A program made the translations under genes and the position numbers. DNA of 64,000 bases from Octopus vulgaris. Its lineage: Eukaryota. Under the pieces are notes generated by a model. It searched no databases. It was not told where the DNA came from and was given only the letters and a program-made list of their open reading frames with translations. This document shows, one piece after another, positions 14,069 through 27,229 of this stretch. Numbering within the stretch: position 1 is the stretch's first letter; every line of letters starts with the position of its first letter. The stretch covers positions 208,196,001-208,260,000 of the forward strand of contig OX597815.1 of assembly GCA_951406725.2 (NCBI GenBank), read 5' to 3'.

Positions 14069-14477
14069 TTCTTTTACTCTTTTTACTTGTTTCAGTCATT
14101 TGACTGCGGCCATGCTGGAGCACCGCCTTTAATCGAGCAAATTGACCCCGGGACTTATTCTTTGTAAGTCCAGTACTTATTCTATCGGTCTCTTTTGCTG
14201 AACCGCTAAGTGACGGGGACGTAAACACACCAGCATTGGTTGTCAAGCAATGCTAGGGGGACAAACACAGACACACAAACATACACACACACACACACAC
14301 TTATACATATATACGACAGGCTTCTTTCAGTTTCCGTCTACCAAATCCACTCACAAGGCATTGGTCGGCCCTGGGGCTATAGCAGAAGACACTTGCCCAA
14401 GATGCCACGCAGTGGGACTGAACCTGGAACCATGTGGTTGGTTAGCAAGCTACTTACCACACAGCCACTCTTGCGCC
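14069..14477 (-). mobile_element. Full-length SINE family A
   Basis: Reverse complement is near-identical to 11365-11794. Confidence 0.92.
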
Positions 14478-14972
14478 TACATATATATATTTTATTTTCA
14501 AAAATTTCTTTCTTTTAAAATCTTAGATGAGTCTATAAGTCATCCCCACTGCCATGACAGCAGATGCATTGATTAAATGCAGCGCTTCTGTGTTATGTTA
14601 AATAGAGCAGTTGTAATGAAAAGTCATCACTGCATAATGAAACCCTACTTGTAATGATTATAGTAATCTTCTTTCATTTCCTTACTGTCCTGTACAATAC
14701 ATCAGCCCTTTGCATTCTTGGACCATTCCAATAACTTGGCAGTTTTTCTTTTCTTTCTTTCTTTCTTTCTAATATTGGAAGTTGCTAGTAACTCACAAGA
14801 CTTTCATTTCTGGAGAAAAGTCAATTGTCTCTCACAACTCATTTTTGTTTTTCCCTACACAACATAGCTGATTATGGGAGAGAGAGAGAGGAGGGGGAAG
14901 AAAAGGGAAAAACTAGCTTCACTATTTGATTGGTAGTGACCCTAGATAGACAAAGAGTAGCTTTAGTGGGAT

Positions 14973-15492
14973 TTAACCCTTTAGAGTTTAAACCGGCTGT
15001 ATCCGGCCCAAATATTCTACACACTTCATGCTCAAACTGGCCAGAGCCAGCATCTCACACCTACCCTGCAATGTCATTCTAAAAATAAGCTACAAAATAA
15101 TATCAGATATCACGTGATCACGTGACCAACCAGACCATCAGATATTGTTACACATCGCTGGTCACAATGCGTTCGCATTGTTTTAGCCTTCGAATGACGC
15201 CACCCCGCTGGCTAAGCGAGCAGGCCAACAGAAGAAAGAGTGGGAGAAAGAGTGGTGAAAGAGTACAGTAGGGATCACCACCCCCTGCCGGAGCCTCGTG
15301 GAGCTTTTAGGTGTTTCCGCTCAATAGACACTCACAACGCCCGGTCTGGGAATCGAAACTGCGATCCTGCGACCGAGAGTTCGCTGCCCTAACCACTGGG
15401 CCATTGTGCCTCCACAATATCAGATATATTTTTTGAAATGTGAATAAATAAGGGTTATTTTTGCCAAATTAATCTGAATGCTAAAGAGTTAA
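14973..15492. mobile_element. piggyBac-type MITE family 1 containing a nested SINE B
   Basis: TTAA-CCCTTTAG ... ATGCTAAAGAG-TTAA; interior homologous to 48446-48672 and 53763-54384. Confidence 0.75.
15111..15415 (-). mobile_element. SINE family B, tail type 1
   Basis: Family B head. TSD AATATCAGATAT at 15099-15110 and 15416-15427. Confidence 0.92.
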
Positions 15493-15562
15493 ACCCAGAC
15501 TGCAGAGAACAAAAACAAACATGACAAGGCATTCTCTCTGACGGTCAAACAAATCTTCCAAT

Positions 15563-15948
15563 AAGCATGACTGTGTGGTAAGAAATTTGCTTCCCAACCA
15601 CATGGTTCCGGGTTCAGTCTCACTGTGTGACACCCTGAGCAAGTGTCTTCCACTATAACCTTGGGCCAACCAAAGCCTTATGGGTGGATTTAGTAGATGG
15701 AAACTGAAAGAAGCTTGTCATTTACATGTGTGTGTATGTGTGTGTGTCTTTGAGTCTGGTTTTGTCCCCTGCTACTGCTTGACAACTGGTGCTGGTTTGT
15801 TTACATCCTTGTAATTTAGCAGTTCAGTAAAAAAGAACAATAGAAAAAGACAGTACTGGGGCTGATTCATTTGACTAAAAACTCTTCAAGACTGTGCCCC
15901 AGAATGGCCAGAGACTAATGGCTGAAACAAGTAAAAGATAAAAGATAA
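15563..15948 (+). mobile_element. SINE family A, older diverged copy
   Basis: Head, CTGAGCAAGTGTCTT and GGCTGAAACAAGTAAAAGATAAAAGA tail are all present. Confidence 0.85.
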
Positions 15949-16015
15949 CTTCTTAGTACCTATCAATTTTCTTCAAGTCTTTAGAAACAATATTACTGTC
16001 TCTATGTATAATAAT

Positions 16016-16061
<46 letters not shown>

Positions 16062-16097
16062 TATATATAATACTTATACATACTTATTATTTCAAGA

Positions 16098-16410
16098 CAT
16101 ATAATAGATATAAAGGCTAGTTATAAAACATGTACATTGTTTTGCTATCACGAACCATAATATCTAGTTATCTCCAGGTAAAGTAATGCTTGTTATAAAA
16201 CATATTCATTCCTCTGTCAGCAATTACACTTTTGAATTATCTCCAGGTATAGCAATGCTGGTTATAAATCATATATTTGTTTCTCCAACAACAATCTCCT
16301 TATTAAGTTATCTCCAGGTATAGTAATGTTGATTACAAAACATATTTTTCTATCCAGAATCACGATATCAACTTGTCCCCCGGTATATTAATGCTAATTA
16401 CGAAATATAT
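16098..16410 (+). repeat. Diverged ~65-71 bp tandem repeat, 4-5 units
   Basis: TTATCTCCAGGTA(T/A)AG(T/C)AATG starts at 16168, 16237 and 16308, with a degenerate unit at 16373. Confidence 0.8.
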
Positions 16411-16506
16411 AGAGAGTCTGGAAGGAGGAATAAGGTCATATAAATCTAAGCAAGCCTATGGTCATCATCAGAATCATTATTATCATTATTATTAGTAGCA
16501 GCAGTA

Positions 16507-16700
16507 TCAAGGTGGAAAGCTTTAATACTTCTGGACAAATGTTAGCAGACTGGACAGAACACTTCTGGTTCTTTACATTCTGTGTTCAAATTCTGCTAAG
16601 GTCAACTTTACCTTTCGACATTTTGTGGTTGATCAAATAAGTACTAGTTGGATACTGGGATCAATGTAGTCAACTAGCTAGCCCCTTCCATTGACCATGT
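16507..16700 (+). mobile_element. SINE family D, old copy
   Basis: GTTCAAATTCTGCTAAGGTCAACTTTACCTTTC...AAATAAGTACTAGTTGGATACTGGG resembles 23897-24121. Confidence 0.7.
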
Positions 16701-17028
16701 GCCTATTTTTTAATTTAAGAGCAATAAAATTGACTACTCTCTTGCCTATGGGCAAATGGCCTAACTGTTTCAGAGCAGATCTAGTAACACAAAGATTGTA
16801 GTTTAGGATTTACGTTAGAGGGTTAAGGGCTAGAGTTAAGGGTTAAGGGTTAGGGATTGATCCGATACTGGACAAGGTCAAACAACTGACAAGCAAATCT
16901 GTGGTATTGAGCAGAATATTTGCTGTAGCCCATCTTTTATACCAAGACAAAACAATGTACATGATAACACTTCCAATCAGTTAAGATCAGAAACCATGAG
17001 AGCCACTACCTAGCATTGCATCAGGGCA

Positions 17029-17066
<38 letters not shown>

Positions 17067-17183
17067 GCAGTAGTAGTAGTAGTAACAATAGTAGTAGTAG
17101 TAGATTTTTTAAATTTTTCCTTGTTCGTTAGACGAATGAATTTAAATTAGATACTGCTAGCTATCAAATAATGAATGAATTGC

Positions 17184-17226
<43 letters not shown>

Positions 17227-17469
17227 GAATCGGAAAAACTAAACACACCAAGTTAAAGATACTCTTTCTTGATCATACAGACACACGCATACAATCATCC
17301 CCTGCTCCTGTACATTATCTTAATTAAAAAGAGAACCTTTGACAATGTTGTTAGCAACAGCACAGGATTAATTTGAGCATTAATAATAAAAAAAAGAAAA
17401 AGATTACGAAAAAAAAGGAAGAAAAAATTTAACAAAATTAATAACGATAAGAACAGTTAATAACAAACA

Positions 17470-18130
17470 AAAATAATATCATCATCAACAACAGCAATAA
17501 TAATAGTAATAATAATGATAATAATAATAATAATAGTAATAATAATAATAATAGTAATAATAATAATAGTAATAATAATAATAATAATAATGATAATAAT
17601 CATGAAAGTTAGTGAAATAGCAGAATAGCACCGAACGAAATGGTTCACCGTAATTAAAACTCAAAGGATTTGACAAGAATGATTCTGTAGAGTGACTTAC
17701 TACATAGACACAATAAATACACACACACACACACATGTACACATACATACCTGTGTCTTTTATACGATTACAGACACTTACACGAAGGCACGCATTCACT
17801 TTACACACCTACAGAAGATGGTGTGAAGCTATTAAGGCTGAAGAAGAAAGAATCCGTTTGAACTGCTTGCTTCTGTGATAATGATGATGATGATGATGAT
17901 GATGATCGTGATGACGATGATGATGATGATGATGATGACGATGATGATGATGACGAAAGCAACCATGACACTGATAACAATCATGATGATGGTGATGATG
18001 ATGGTGATGACGATCGTCATGAAAATGAAGATGATGACAACACCTGTAACGAAGACGACAACAACAACAACAACGATGGAAATAATGTTGATAGAAGTGA
18101 TGGTGGTGGTGGTGGGCTGTTGGGGGTGGG
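17470..18130. repeat. (AAT)n, (GAT)n, (CAA)n and (GGT)n trinucleotide tracts
   Basis: Seen directly; source of the poly-M, poly-H and poly-I ORFs. Confidence 0.9.
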
Positions 18131-19044
18131 GTAGGAATGGAGTGTTGTTTTTCAAACAAATATAAATGAAATGGCAAAGACTTCAATGCAGATGTTGAAC
18201 AATTTTACTTTTACCTGAAACCAAAATATTCATTAACAAGTTTCTTTTTTTTTTTTTTTGAAGAATTCCAACAGAATTTGAAGGATACAGCTTCTCTTGC
18301 ATGACAAGAGTATACAAAATTCAAAAGAAATAATAACCTAACTTTGTTTCCTTGCATAAATACAGCCGCCAAGACATTTAGACACGACAGGAATCACTTT
18401 CCTTCAGGCAACAGTATAAATTCTTGGAGCTGTTGCTTAACAAAACAAAAACCTCATAACGGAAACCAAAGAAAGAAACTGATACTAAGGAGATAGATTT
18501 GCTAGAAATATCAGCCAAACCTCCCTCAAATTACACGCTATTTATTATCTTAGAAATGTACATACAGGATAATGTGGTCATGGGTGATGCGGAGTGCTTG
18601 GTAAATAAATGGGATGGTCGCATACGGAACGGTTTTCATCATTGGTCTGTTTGATCAGGATTGAACTGGGACTAAAGCAACAACAATGATGAGCAAGATC
18701 CATTTCAGTGCTACTGACATTCTTACACATAAACAAATAAACACACACACACACAGACATTCAGATTACCTCATTTCAGATATACTTTCACAATGACATT
18801 CCAACTATGGGTCATAGAATTGATATTCCAAGCATGGCATCACAGCCAATCGATGTCCTTTCTCCTTCGTAGTAGCCCTCATCTCACTTGCATATAAAAT
18901 CGCATGTAGGATATCACAGTCAGTAATAATAATAATAATAATTATTATTATTATCATTATTATTATTAGTAGTAGTAGTAGTAGCAGCAGCAGAAGCAGT
19001 AGTAGTAGTAGTAGAGCCATGGTCAACTTAGCTTTGAGCACAGT

Positions 19045-19326
19045 TATTATTGAGAAAATTGGAGCAGAGTCAATGATGTGATTTCTGAATTCCCAAAAAG
19101 CACAAATTCTATTGGGCCAAACATATCACAAAGGTTCACAGGCAACTGGAGGACAAGTGCAGTTGCCAAGTGGTATTCAAAAGAAGAGAAAGGGCCCATA
19201 CAATGAGGATCTGGTTAAAACAGTCTAGGCCAAAATGGAAAAGGACACAATCAAGAAAGAGTTGGAAGCGCATTGTGACCAGTGATGTATAATAAGATCT
19301 GATAGTCTAATCGGTACAGGTGATTA
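19045..19326 (+). mobile_element. RTE-clade LINE 3' end remnant
   Basis: Frameshifted SRVNDVI..KFYWAKHITK/FTGNWRTSAVAKWYSKEEKGP (cf. KWxWAGHIAR..DNRWT....WYP...KRP), then SWKRIVTSDV*. The terminus matches SINE B tail 1. Confidence 0.7.
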
Positions 19327-19470
19327 TTCACACACACACACACACGTATACACATACACACATATATATATATTTATGTATGTATATATATATGTGTGAA
19401 CATATATATATATATGTATGTTTATGTATATATATACATACATATATATGTATATATGTATATATATATG

Positions 19471-19502
<32 letters not shown>

Positions 19503-20076
19503 TGTATGTATATATATATGTATGTATGTATATATATATATATACATACACACACACCACACACATACACATACATATGTATACACACAGATAGATACAT
19601 ACATACATACATACATACAGGTACCCCCACACTCACACACATGTATGTATGTATGTTCATAATAAACAAACTAAGGGACCCTTGATACAGCCTCTTGACC
19701 TGCTAGAAACAGCACCTGAATCTCCTTTAAATTACACACTACCGTCTTTAACACAATGTCGTATCCAATTCACAAAAAAAAAGGTAAGAAGGTCAAAACT
19801 GCAAAATCTTGGTTCACAGGTGAACATGATTGAGGACTGACCTGCAGCAAAGAGATAATCCTCAGTGAAACAATTTCTCAGGTGAAGTATGTGAGAGATA
19901 ACGAATTACTAAAATATTCCTTGTTGACCGAAATCACGAGAGAAGCTTTAACAAGGCTTCACGAACAAGTTTGACACGTTGAGTGTTTTATTGTGACTAT
20001 CAGTTAGGGAGATTCATGTTAAGTGTTAGGCAACAAATTCGGGCTATTGTTAAATTTCATTAGTCCTGATGTTCAA

Positions 20077-20113
<37 letters not shown>

Positions 20114-20294
20114 CACACATGTACATACATATACATACACATGGGCACTTGTACACACACACACACATATTCATATATATCATCATTATTGTGTGTGTGC
20201 GTGTGTATATATACATGAATATGTTTGTATGGATATATATGTATATATGTGCATGTTCATGTGTGTGTGTGTGATAGATAGATAATAGATAGAT

Positions 20295-20340
<46 letters not shown>

Positions 20341-21612
20341 TAGATAGATAGATAGATATGTAAGTACATGTATGTATGTATACCATAAAAATGGATCATT
20401 ATTGTCCAGAATATTTGGTCATAAGTAACTGGTTATTCAATCAGCTGAACTACCAGGCATTAGTTTATCACAGAAGTGGCTGAGTATTCTAAAGACATGA
20501 TCACTCTTAATGTAATTCTTAGGCAGAATTAGATAACAGTATGACAAAGCCCCACCATTGTATTACCGGTACAATCCACCTGATGGTCTTCTATGCAATT
20601 TCTATCGAGCCAATTTCACTCGCAAGTTATAGGTTGACCACAGGTTTCGGGAAATGGCACATTCATAAGATGCTCAACAGTAGAATCGAACCTGGGACCT
20701 CATGGTTTTGAAACAAATTCTTAACCATTTGCAGTATAGGTTGGATCCCCATTGGCACTAATACACACACAAACTCGTCTTTTACTCTCATCCTTATCTC
20801 CTTTTCTAAGCAGACACACATCTACATATGCACATACTAGCATGCACACACACACACACACACACACATACACAGAGGCATGAGATCAGTTCTTGTACAG
20901 ACTCAGAGCAGACCTTGTGGGTAGATGGTAAGTTACCGAAACAGCTGTAAATAGCAACAAAAGGATTTTGACTAACAAACAATCAATTGATTGCTTAACC
21001 AGCACATTAAACAAGCGATCAATTAGATAATTGGTGAGTTGATCTAATTCATTAACCAACAATAAAGAAGTGATATTGAACCAGTGTGTGTGTTATCATT
21101 ATTGGTGTAATGACCCTCCCATTACACAACAAGATTTGTATTCCCATTTAGTGAAAAATAGAAAGAGACATCCTAAATCAACCTCAAAATGGAAACGAAA
21201 CGGTTCAGGAGAAATTACAGAACAGTTTAGTATAAACCAAGTTTATACTAACCCTACTAAATGATTTCACACCAATTGCTGAGCTCATCTGTATGTAATG
21301 TTAGATAAATGGCTGCTTATCTATTGTGTGTGTTCTATATAATGGCTTAAGGAAGCTATAGGAATTTGCCCAAGCACTAAGCTCTGAGTATACTGCTCTT
21401 TTTATAGCAGAAACAACTATAAGCTAATGAAGGTGATTCTGTAACTCCTGTTCTTTTGCCTTTCATTGACTGATATTATGCTCTGTATTCTTCTGATGCA
21501 TTACTCAGAAGCATAACTATACTGAGTTCTATCAACTGGTTATTATTACCACTGTGCTTAAGCAAACCATAATATATATATATATATAGATATGTAAGTA
21601 TTCATATGTTTG

Positions 21613-21650
<38 letters not shown>

Positions 21651-21750
21651 TGTACAAGTATATTTTATTGATGAAAGGAAAGTATTTTTAATACTCTTTT
21701 GATTTAAACGATGATGATGATGATGATGATGATGTGTGTGTGTGTATATA

Positions 21751-22043
21751 TATCACCGTGACTGACCAGGCTATCAGATGTTGCTACACATCACTGGTCA
21801 CAATGCGCTTCACATTGTTTTAGCCTTCAAATGACGCCACTCCTCTAGCTAAGCAAACAGGCCGACAGAAGAAAGAGTGAGAGAAAGTTGTGGCGAAAGA
21901 GTACAGCAGGGATTGCCACCACCCCCTGCCGGAGCCTCGTGGAGCTTTAGGTGTTTTCGCTCAGTAAACACTCACAACGACCGGTCTGGGAATCGAAACC
22001 GCGATCCTACAACCGCGAGTCCGCGAGCCATTGCGGCCTCCAC
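21751..22043 (-). mobile_element. SINE family B, tail type 1, small deletion in head
   Basis: Colinear with 15111-15415 but lacks the CAGTGGTTAGGGCA segment of the A-box region. Confidence 0.88.
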
Positions 22044-22046
22044 ATG

Positions 22047-22098
<52 letters not shown>

Positions 22099-22850
22099 CT
22101 ACATATATATTTGCGTATACAAACACGCATATACATACACACACACATACATACAGATGTCATTCTGTTATGGTATAAATACATCAAAAACTTCAAAATT
22201 AATCAATAATCATATATTCACACACCCACTCACACACACACACACATACGCTGGCACACAAGTGCCCCACCGTCGACCTTAACAACCAATCTCCATACAA
22301 ATATGATTGGCTACATTGATTTGCTAACTGCTTATCTTCATCTTTAAGCAAGTGTTTTTGGTGGGTTTGAGTATATAAAACCAAAACTATATTAATTCTA
22401 TAAAAACCTCCTTATCAGAACAACAGATTATTATAGTATATACAAATCAAATTGTCACATATAAGTACATTATATTATTTTTCCTCTTACACTAATAAGT
22501 GCAATAACAGGTGCAACTGTAACTGAACAGAGTATTTACAAACAAAAAGCAACAATACTCTTCAGATATATATATATATTCCCCCCCCACTTTCTAACTG
22601 CTAACTTTTCCAGTCAAAAATGACAGAAAAAGTAGACAAATGATTCAGAAGACAGATAATTTTTGTTATAGAAATATGTCATGTTTGAGATAAATGTGTC
22701 TGTGAATCGCAAGAGTATAACAATGTGCTGAGGAAACATCTGTGATGTGAAACAATAATGAATTCTTAAACTTGCAAAATCATAGGCTTTGCAATCAAAT
22801 GACTTATATTAAATCACTGTCTTCATCTTAAGGCCTTGCTACATAAATAT

Positions 22851-23449
22851 TCTTTTGTTCTTCTGTTCTTTTACACGTTTCAGTCATTTGCCTGTAGCCC
22901 TGTTAGAGCACTGCCTTAAAGGGTTTTAGTCAAAGGGCTTATATTTTCTAAGCCTAGTCAAAGGGCTTATACTTTGTAATTCGAAGGGCTTATAGTTTGT
23001 AAGCCTAGTCGAAGGGCTTATACTTTGTAAGTCGAAGGGCTTATAGTTTGTAAGCCTAGTCGAAGGGCTTATACTTTGTAAGTCGAAGGGCTTATACTTT
23101 GTAAGCCTAGTCGAAGGGCTTGTACTTTGTAAGCCTAATACTATCAGTTCTTTTGCCAAAACGCTAAGTTACAGGGACATAAACATACCAACATCGTTTG
23201 TCAAGTGATGATGGGAGGGGAGACAAACACAAAGACACACACACACACACATAAAGATATATACATATATATATGTGTGTATATATATATGATGGTCTTT
23301 CAGGTTCTGTCTACCAAGTCCACTCACACAGCTTTGGTTGGCCTAAGGCTATAGTAGAAGACACTTGCCCAAGGTGCCACACAGTGGGACTGAACCTGGA
23401 ACCATGTGGTTGGGAAGCAAGCTTCTTACCACACAGCAATGCCTGCACC
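22851..23449 (-). mobile_element. SINE family A with internal minisatellite expansion
   Basis: Head at ~23300-23449 and tail at ~22855-22925 are family A; tandem units lie between them. Confidence 0.85.
22927..23140 (+). repeat. 23/28-bp minisatellite forming a 51-bp higher-order unit
   Basis: About 8 copies of GTCGAAGGGCTTATA(C/G)TTTGTAA, with or without GCCTA. Confidence 0.9.
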
Positions 23450-23741
23450 TGTATTTTTTAAAATATTTTTAAGACATTCATCAAATGCTGTATTGAAACA
23501 AAATTTTGTCTGGAGTTGAAGGATAAAGAAATACTTTCTCTGTCAAGGCAAAGAACATTGTAACTTTTGGAAAGAACTAATAAACATTAATATTTGGAGC
23601 CATAACAGATAAAACAAATATTTAGAAAATAGAGTTTGAGGAGATCAAAGTAACTGAAGGCAAATAAGAATATTTGCTAATCCATAATGAAATGAAAAAA
23701 ATTTTAAATGTGTTCAGAATATATCACTGAATCTGCATTGC

Positions 23742-24272
23742 AGAAATTTGCAATTATGAATAAAATGATCAAAGAAGACCTCATCAGAGCTGGTACCATG
23801 AATACAGTATCCAGAATGTTCTGTAAAGTGGTTGGTGTTAGGAAAGACATCCAGCTGAAGAAACTGTGCCGAAGCAGATATTGGGGTACAATTCAAAGGC
23901 GGTGAGCTAGCAGAAGCGTTAGCACACCGGGCGAAATGCTTAGCAGTATTTCGTCTGCTGCTACGTTCTGAGTTCAAATTCCGCCGAGGTCGACTTTGCC
24001 TTTCATCCTTTCGGGGTCGATAAATTAAGTACCAGTTACGCACTGGGGTCGATGTAATCGACTTTTATACCTATGTCTGTCCTTGTTTGTCCCCTCTGTG
24101 TTTAGCCCCTTGTGGGAAATAAGAAATTTGCAATTATGAATAAAATGATCAAAGAAGACCTCATCAGTGCTGGTACCATGAATACAGTATCCAGAATGTT
24201 CTGTAAAGTGGTTGGTGTTAGGAAAGACATCCAGCTGAAGACACTGTGCCGAAGCAGATATTGGGGTACAAT
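23742..24272 (+). repeat. 151-bp direct repeat pair (23742-23892 and 24122-24272)
   Basis: AGAAATTTGCAATTATG...TTGGGGTACAAT occurs twice; I saw 2 mismatches. Confidence 0.95.
23897..24121 (+). mobile_element. Young SINE family D
   Basis: GGCGGTGAGCTAGCAGAAGCGTTAGC head, GAGTTCAAATTCC B-box, CTTTCATCCTTTCGGGGTCGATAAATTAAGTACC central domain; many CpGs retained. Confidence 0.88.
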
Positions 24273-24562
24273 ACACTCCTGAGGCTTGTTGGATCCTGTG
24301 AAAACATTCAACACATGCTAGGATGGAAGATGGATGTTAAAAGATAACAATGATATCATCATACAGTGAGGATGTAGCGGACCACATGTTACGGTGGAAT
24401 GAAGTAATTGATTTAATCAATCCAGCAGGTGACTAGTAGTCATTTTATTGATATCAAAGGGATGAGATATAAAATAGATCTCAGCAAAATTAGAACTTTT
24501 TCAGTACAAAGGGATATATTTAACCCTTAGTACAAAGGGATAATTAGCATAAAGGGATGTAT

Positions 24563-24770
24563 TTAACCCTTTAGGATTCAGATTATTCTATCTAGTAAAA
24601 CAATTATTTATTTTTGTTGTTTTGAATTTATCCTGCATTATCTTGTAGTCTTGAGATTTCAATTATGTGACTGTATACCTTTTAGAATAACATTGTAGGG
24701 CAGGTGTGAGAGGCTGGATCTGGTCAATTTGAACATAAAACAGGAAGAATATTTTGACCAGATATGGTTG
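24563..24770. mobile_element. piggyBac-type MITE family 1, one end lost
   Basis: TTAACCCTTTAGGATTCAGATTA... is colinear with 48446-48672. Confidence 0.7.
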
Positions 24771-25472
24771 TGTTGCCCAACTGGCATTTGTGCTGGTGGC
24801 ACGTGAAAAAACATTCAAACTGTCAATCTGATGCTGTCAAACCATCTGACTCATGTCAGTATAGAAGATGGATTTTAGAAGATGATGAGGAACTAAAAAC
24901 TTTGAACCAAAATCTTCAAAGCCACCAGAAGAGAAAAGGAAGAAATCAAACAACAGGAGAAAAAGACTTGACGACAAAATCAACCTTATCTTCCACCAAT
25001 GTTACCATGCAGTCAATGCCATCGACTTCTTTATGCAAAAATTGGTTAACAACATCATCAGCGGCATCACCATAAAGGAAGCATTCAGCTAAGAAGAAAA
25101 TAAATTCTTGGATGTGAGATAAAGCCGCTACTAACAACAATCTATGTATACATGCATACATACATATATATATATATACATATATGTATGCATATATATA
25201 ATTATATATGTACATATATATATATATGTACATATATATATGTGCATATATGTACATATATATATATATATATATAATATATGTATGTTATGTGTGTATG
25301 TATATTATTGTTAGTAGGTTTGTTTAAGCAATTCACTTTACAATTATGATCTCATTACACAGCACCTCAAGAGAGGGTCTTCTTTTCTGCCAGAGACCTT
25401 GAGTTGACCAAAATCTTGTGAGTAAAGCTTGGTAGAATGAATTAAGCAACAACATGGAATGGCAAAACCATG

Positions 25473-25511
<39 letters not shown>

Positions 25512-25806
25512 AACTCATGGTAAATTCAATCATCTTAGTTATGTCCTTTTATACCAGGTTGAATTTACCTTTCAGGCTTCTTTAAGGTTCCAGAAAAGCA
25601 GTAGCAGACAAAGAATTATGGTTTAATACAATCAACTGAAACCCTCGAAGGCAGTGCCATAGCATGACTGGAGCATGGCCGCAGTCCAATGATTGGAATC
25701 AGTAAAAGAATAAAAGAATGTTATTGGAGATCAGAGAGGTGGGAATAGAAGTAATTTTCTTGGCAATAACTATATAATTTGTTTATAGATTGCACAGAAA
25801 ATATTA

Positions 25807-25872
<66 letters not shown>

Positions 25873-27229
25873 GTAAGGGAAGAAATATATTAGTTGCACA
25901 CCTTCATATAATAAACCCTGTGAGCTATACATACATATATGTTTGTCAAAATCTAGTTGTGTGTATGTATGTAAACTTGTGATTAAATGTTTAGGAATAC
26001 GATCAAACTTGTATAGTTTTTGTGTGTGATGATGTCTGTGTCTTTAACTGTATGTATTATATAAGGAAATAAAGTGAACACCATTTTATATGACCATGTG
26101 TGTATGTGGATATATGCATGTATATATATATATATATGCATTTATATATATATATATATATATATGAAGTTATAAATATATATATATAGTTATAAATATA
26201 ATCTCTCTCCCTCTCTCTCTCTGTCACTCATACACAAATACACACACACACACACACACGTATCAATATGAATGTATGTTTGTATGTGTGTGTGTCTTAA
26301 AAATATATATACAATGAAGCCACATCAATCAATTATTTTTATACAGCTGGCATATTAAATCCAAGCTTGCAAAGAAGGCAAATGGGGAGACAGGGAGAGT
26401 GACAGGGAGAGCAAGGAAGGCAAAAAGAAAGAAAGAGCAAGAGTGTGTGTGCATGCATGTGAGTCTGTGTGTGTGTGCGTGTGAGTCTCTGTGTATGTGT
26501 GTGTGTGTGTTTGAAAGTGGGCATAATGCCAGTCAGTTCTCAATTCTTTTCCCAATATACTAACCAGACCATGTCATATATAAGATGGACATATTAGTGG
26601 ACAAGGAGCCTGTAATTTCTTATAGATTCGATGCAAATTAATTTTGCATGCCCTATAAGTAAGCAAAGGTGAGCTGCCAATAGATTAAGCGATAGTAGTG
26701 GAAGTGTTGGGAGAGCAAAAATGAACGTAAAAGTATTAGAGCTGGATGGAAAAAATTAATTTCCTCTAAACTGGTATCTGACATTTATAACACTTTGTGT
26801 TGATACTGTAATATCTAAAGTGTTCCCCTGAACAGATGGACAAAACAACATATAAAGAGGTAAAACTCTCATCATCATCATAATCATCATCATCATTTGA
26901 TGTCCCTGCCTCTTGCTGGTATGGGTCAGACAGTTTGACAGAATTCAGGGGGTCCTTGTGTACATATTTGTAAGTCCTGGGTGGTGATGTTTGTTAATGC
27001 TCTTTTCTGTATTTTTAATCATTCTCACTGCATTGCTCCAGTGATTACTTTGGCATGGCTTCTACAGCTGGATGCTCTTCATAAGGTCAACCACTTTATA
27101 GCATGTAGTGGGTGCTTTTTTAGAGTTTCCAACACCACTGAGATCACCATGCAGCTCACAAAGGTAACTGGCAACAGCAGGTACTTGTCAAAGAGCCACA
27201 TGATTATTCACATGTATGTGTTTGTCTAT

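Noticed and set aside
14240-14576. Recurrent peptides such as STKSTHKALVG and EDTCPRCHAVGLN suggesting a gene family
   Set aside because: They are antisense translations of SINE family A.
16098-16410. CRISPR array
   Set aside because: Animal DNA with no cas genes; the repeats are degenerate and the spacers partly resemble each other.
17809-18186. His-rich or Met-rich protein
   Set aside because: (GAT)n/(CAT)n microsatellite.
24764-25075. 103-aa ORF as a host exon
   Set aside because: It begins in MITE and SINE C sequence and has no recognisable domain or clear splice signals.
26640-26800. Possible RTE RT fragment (IRAGWKK)
   Set aside because: Only one short motif is recognisable.
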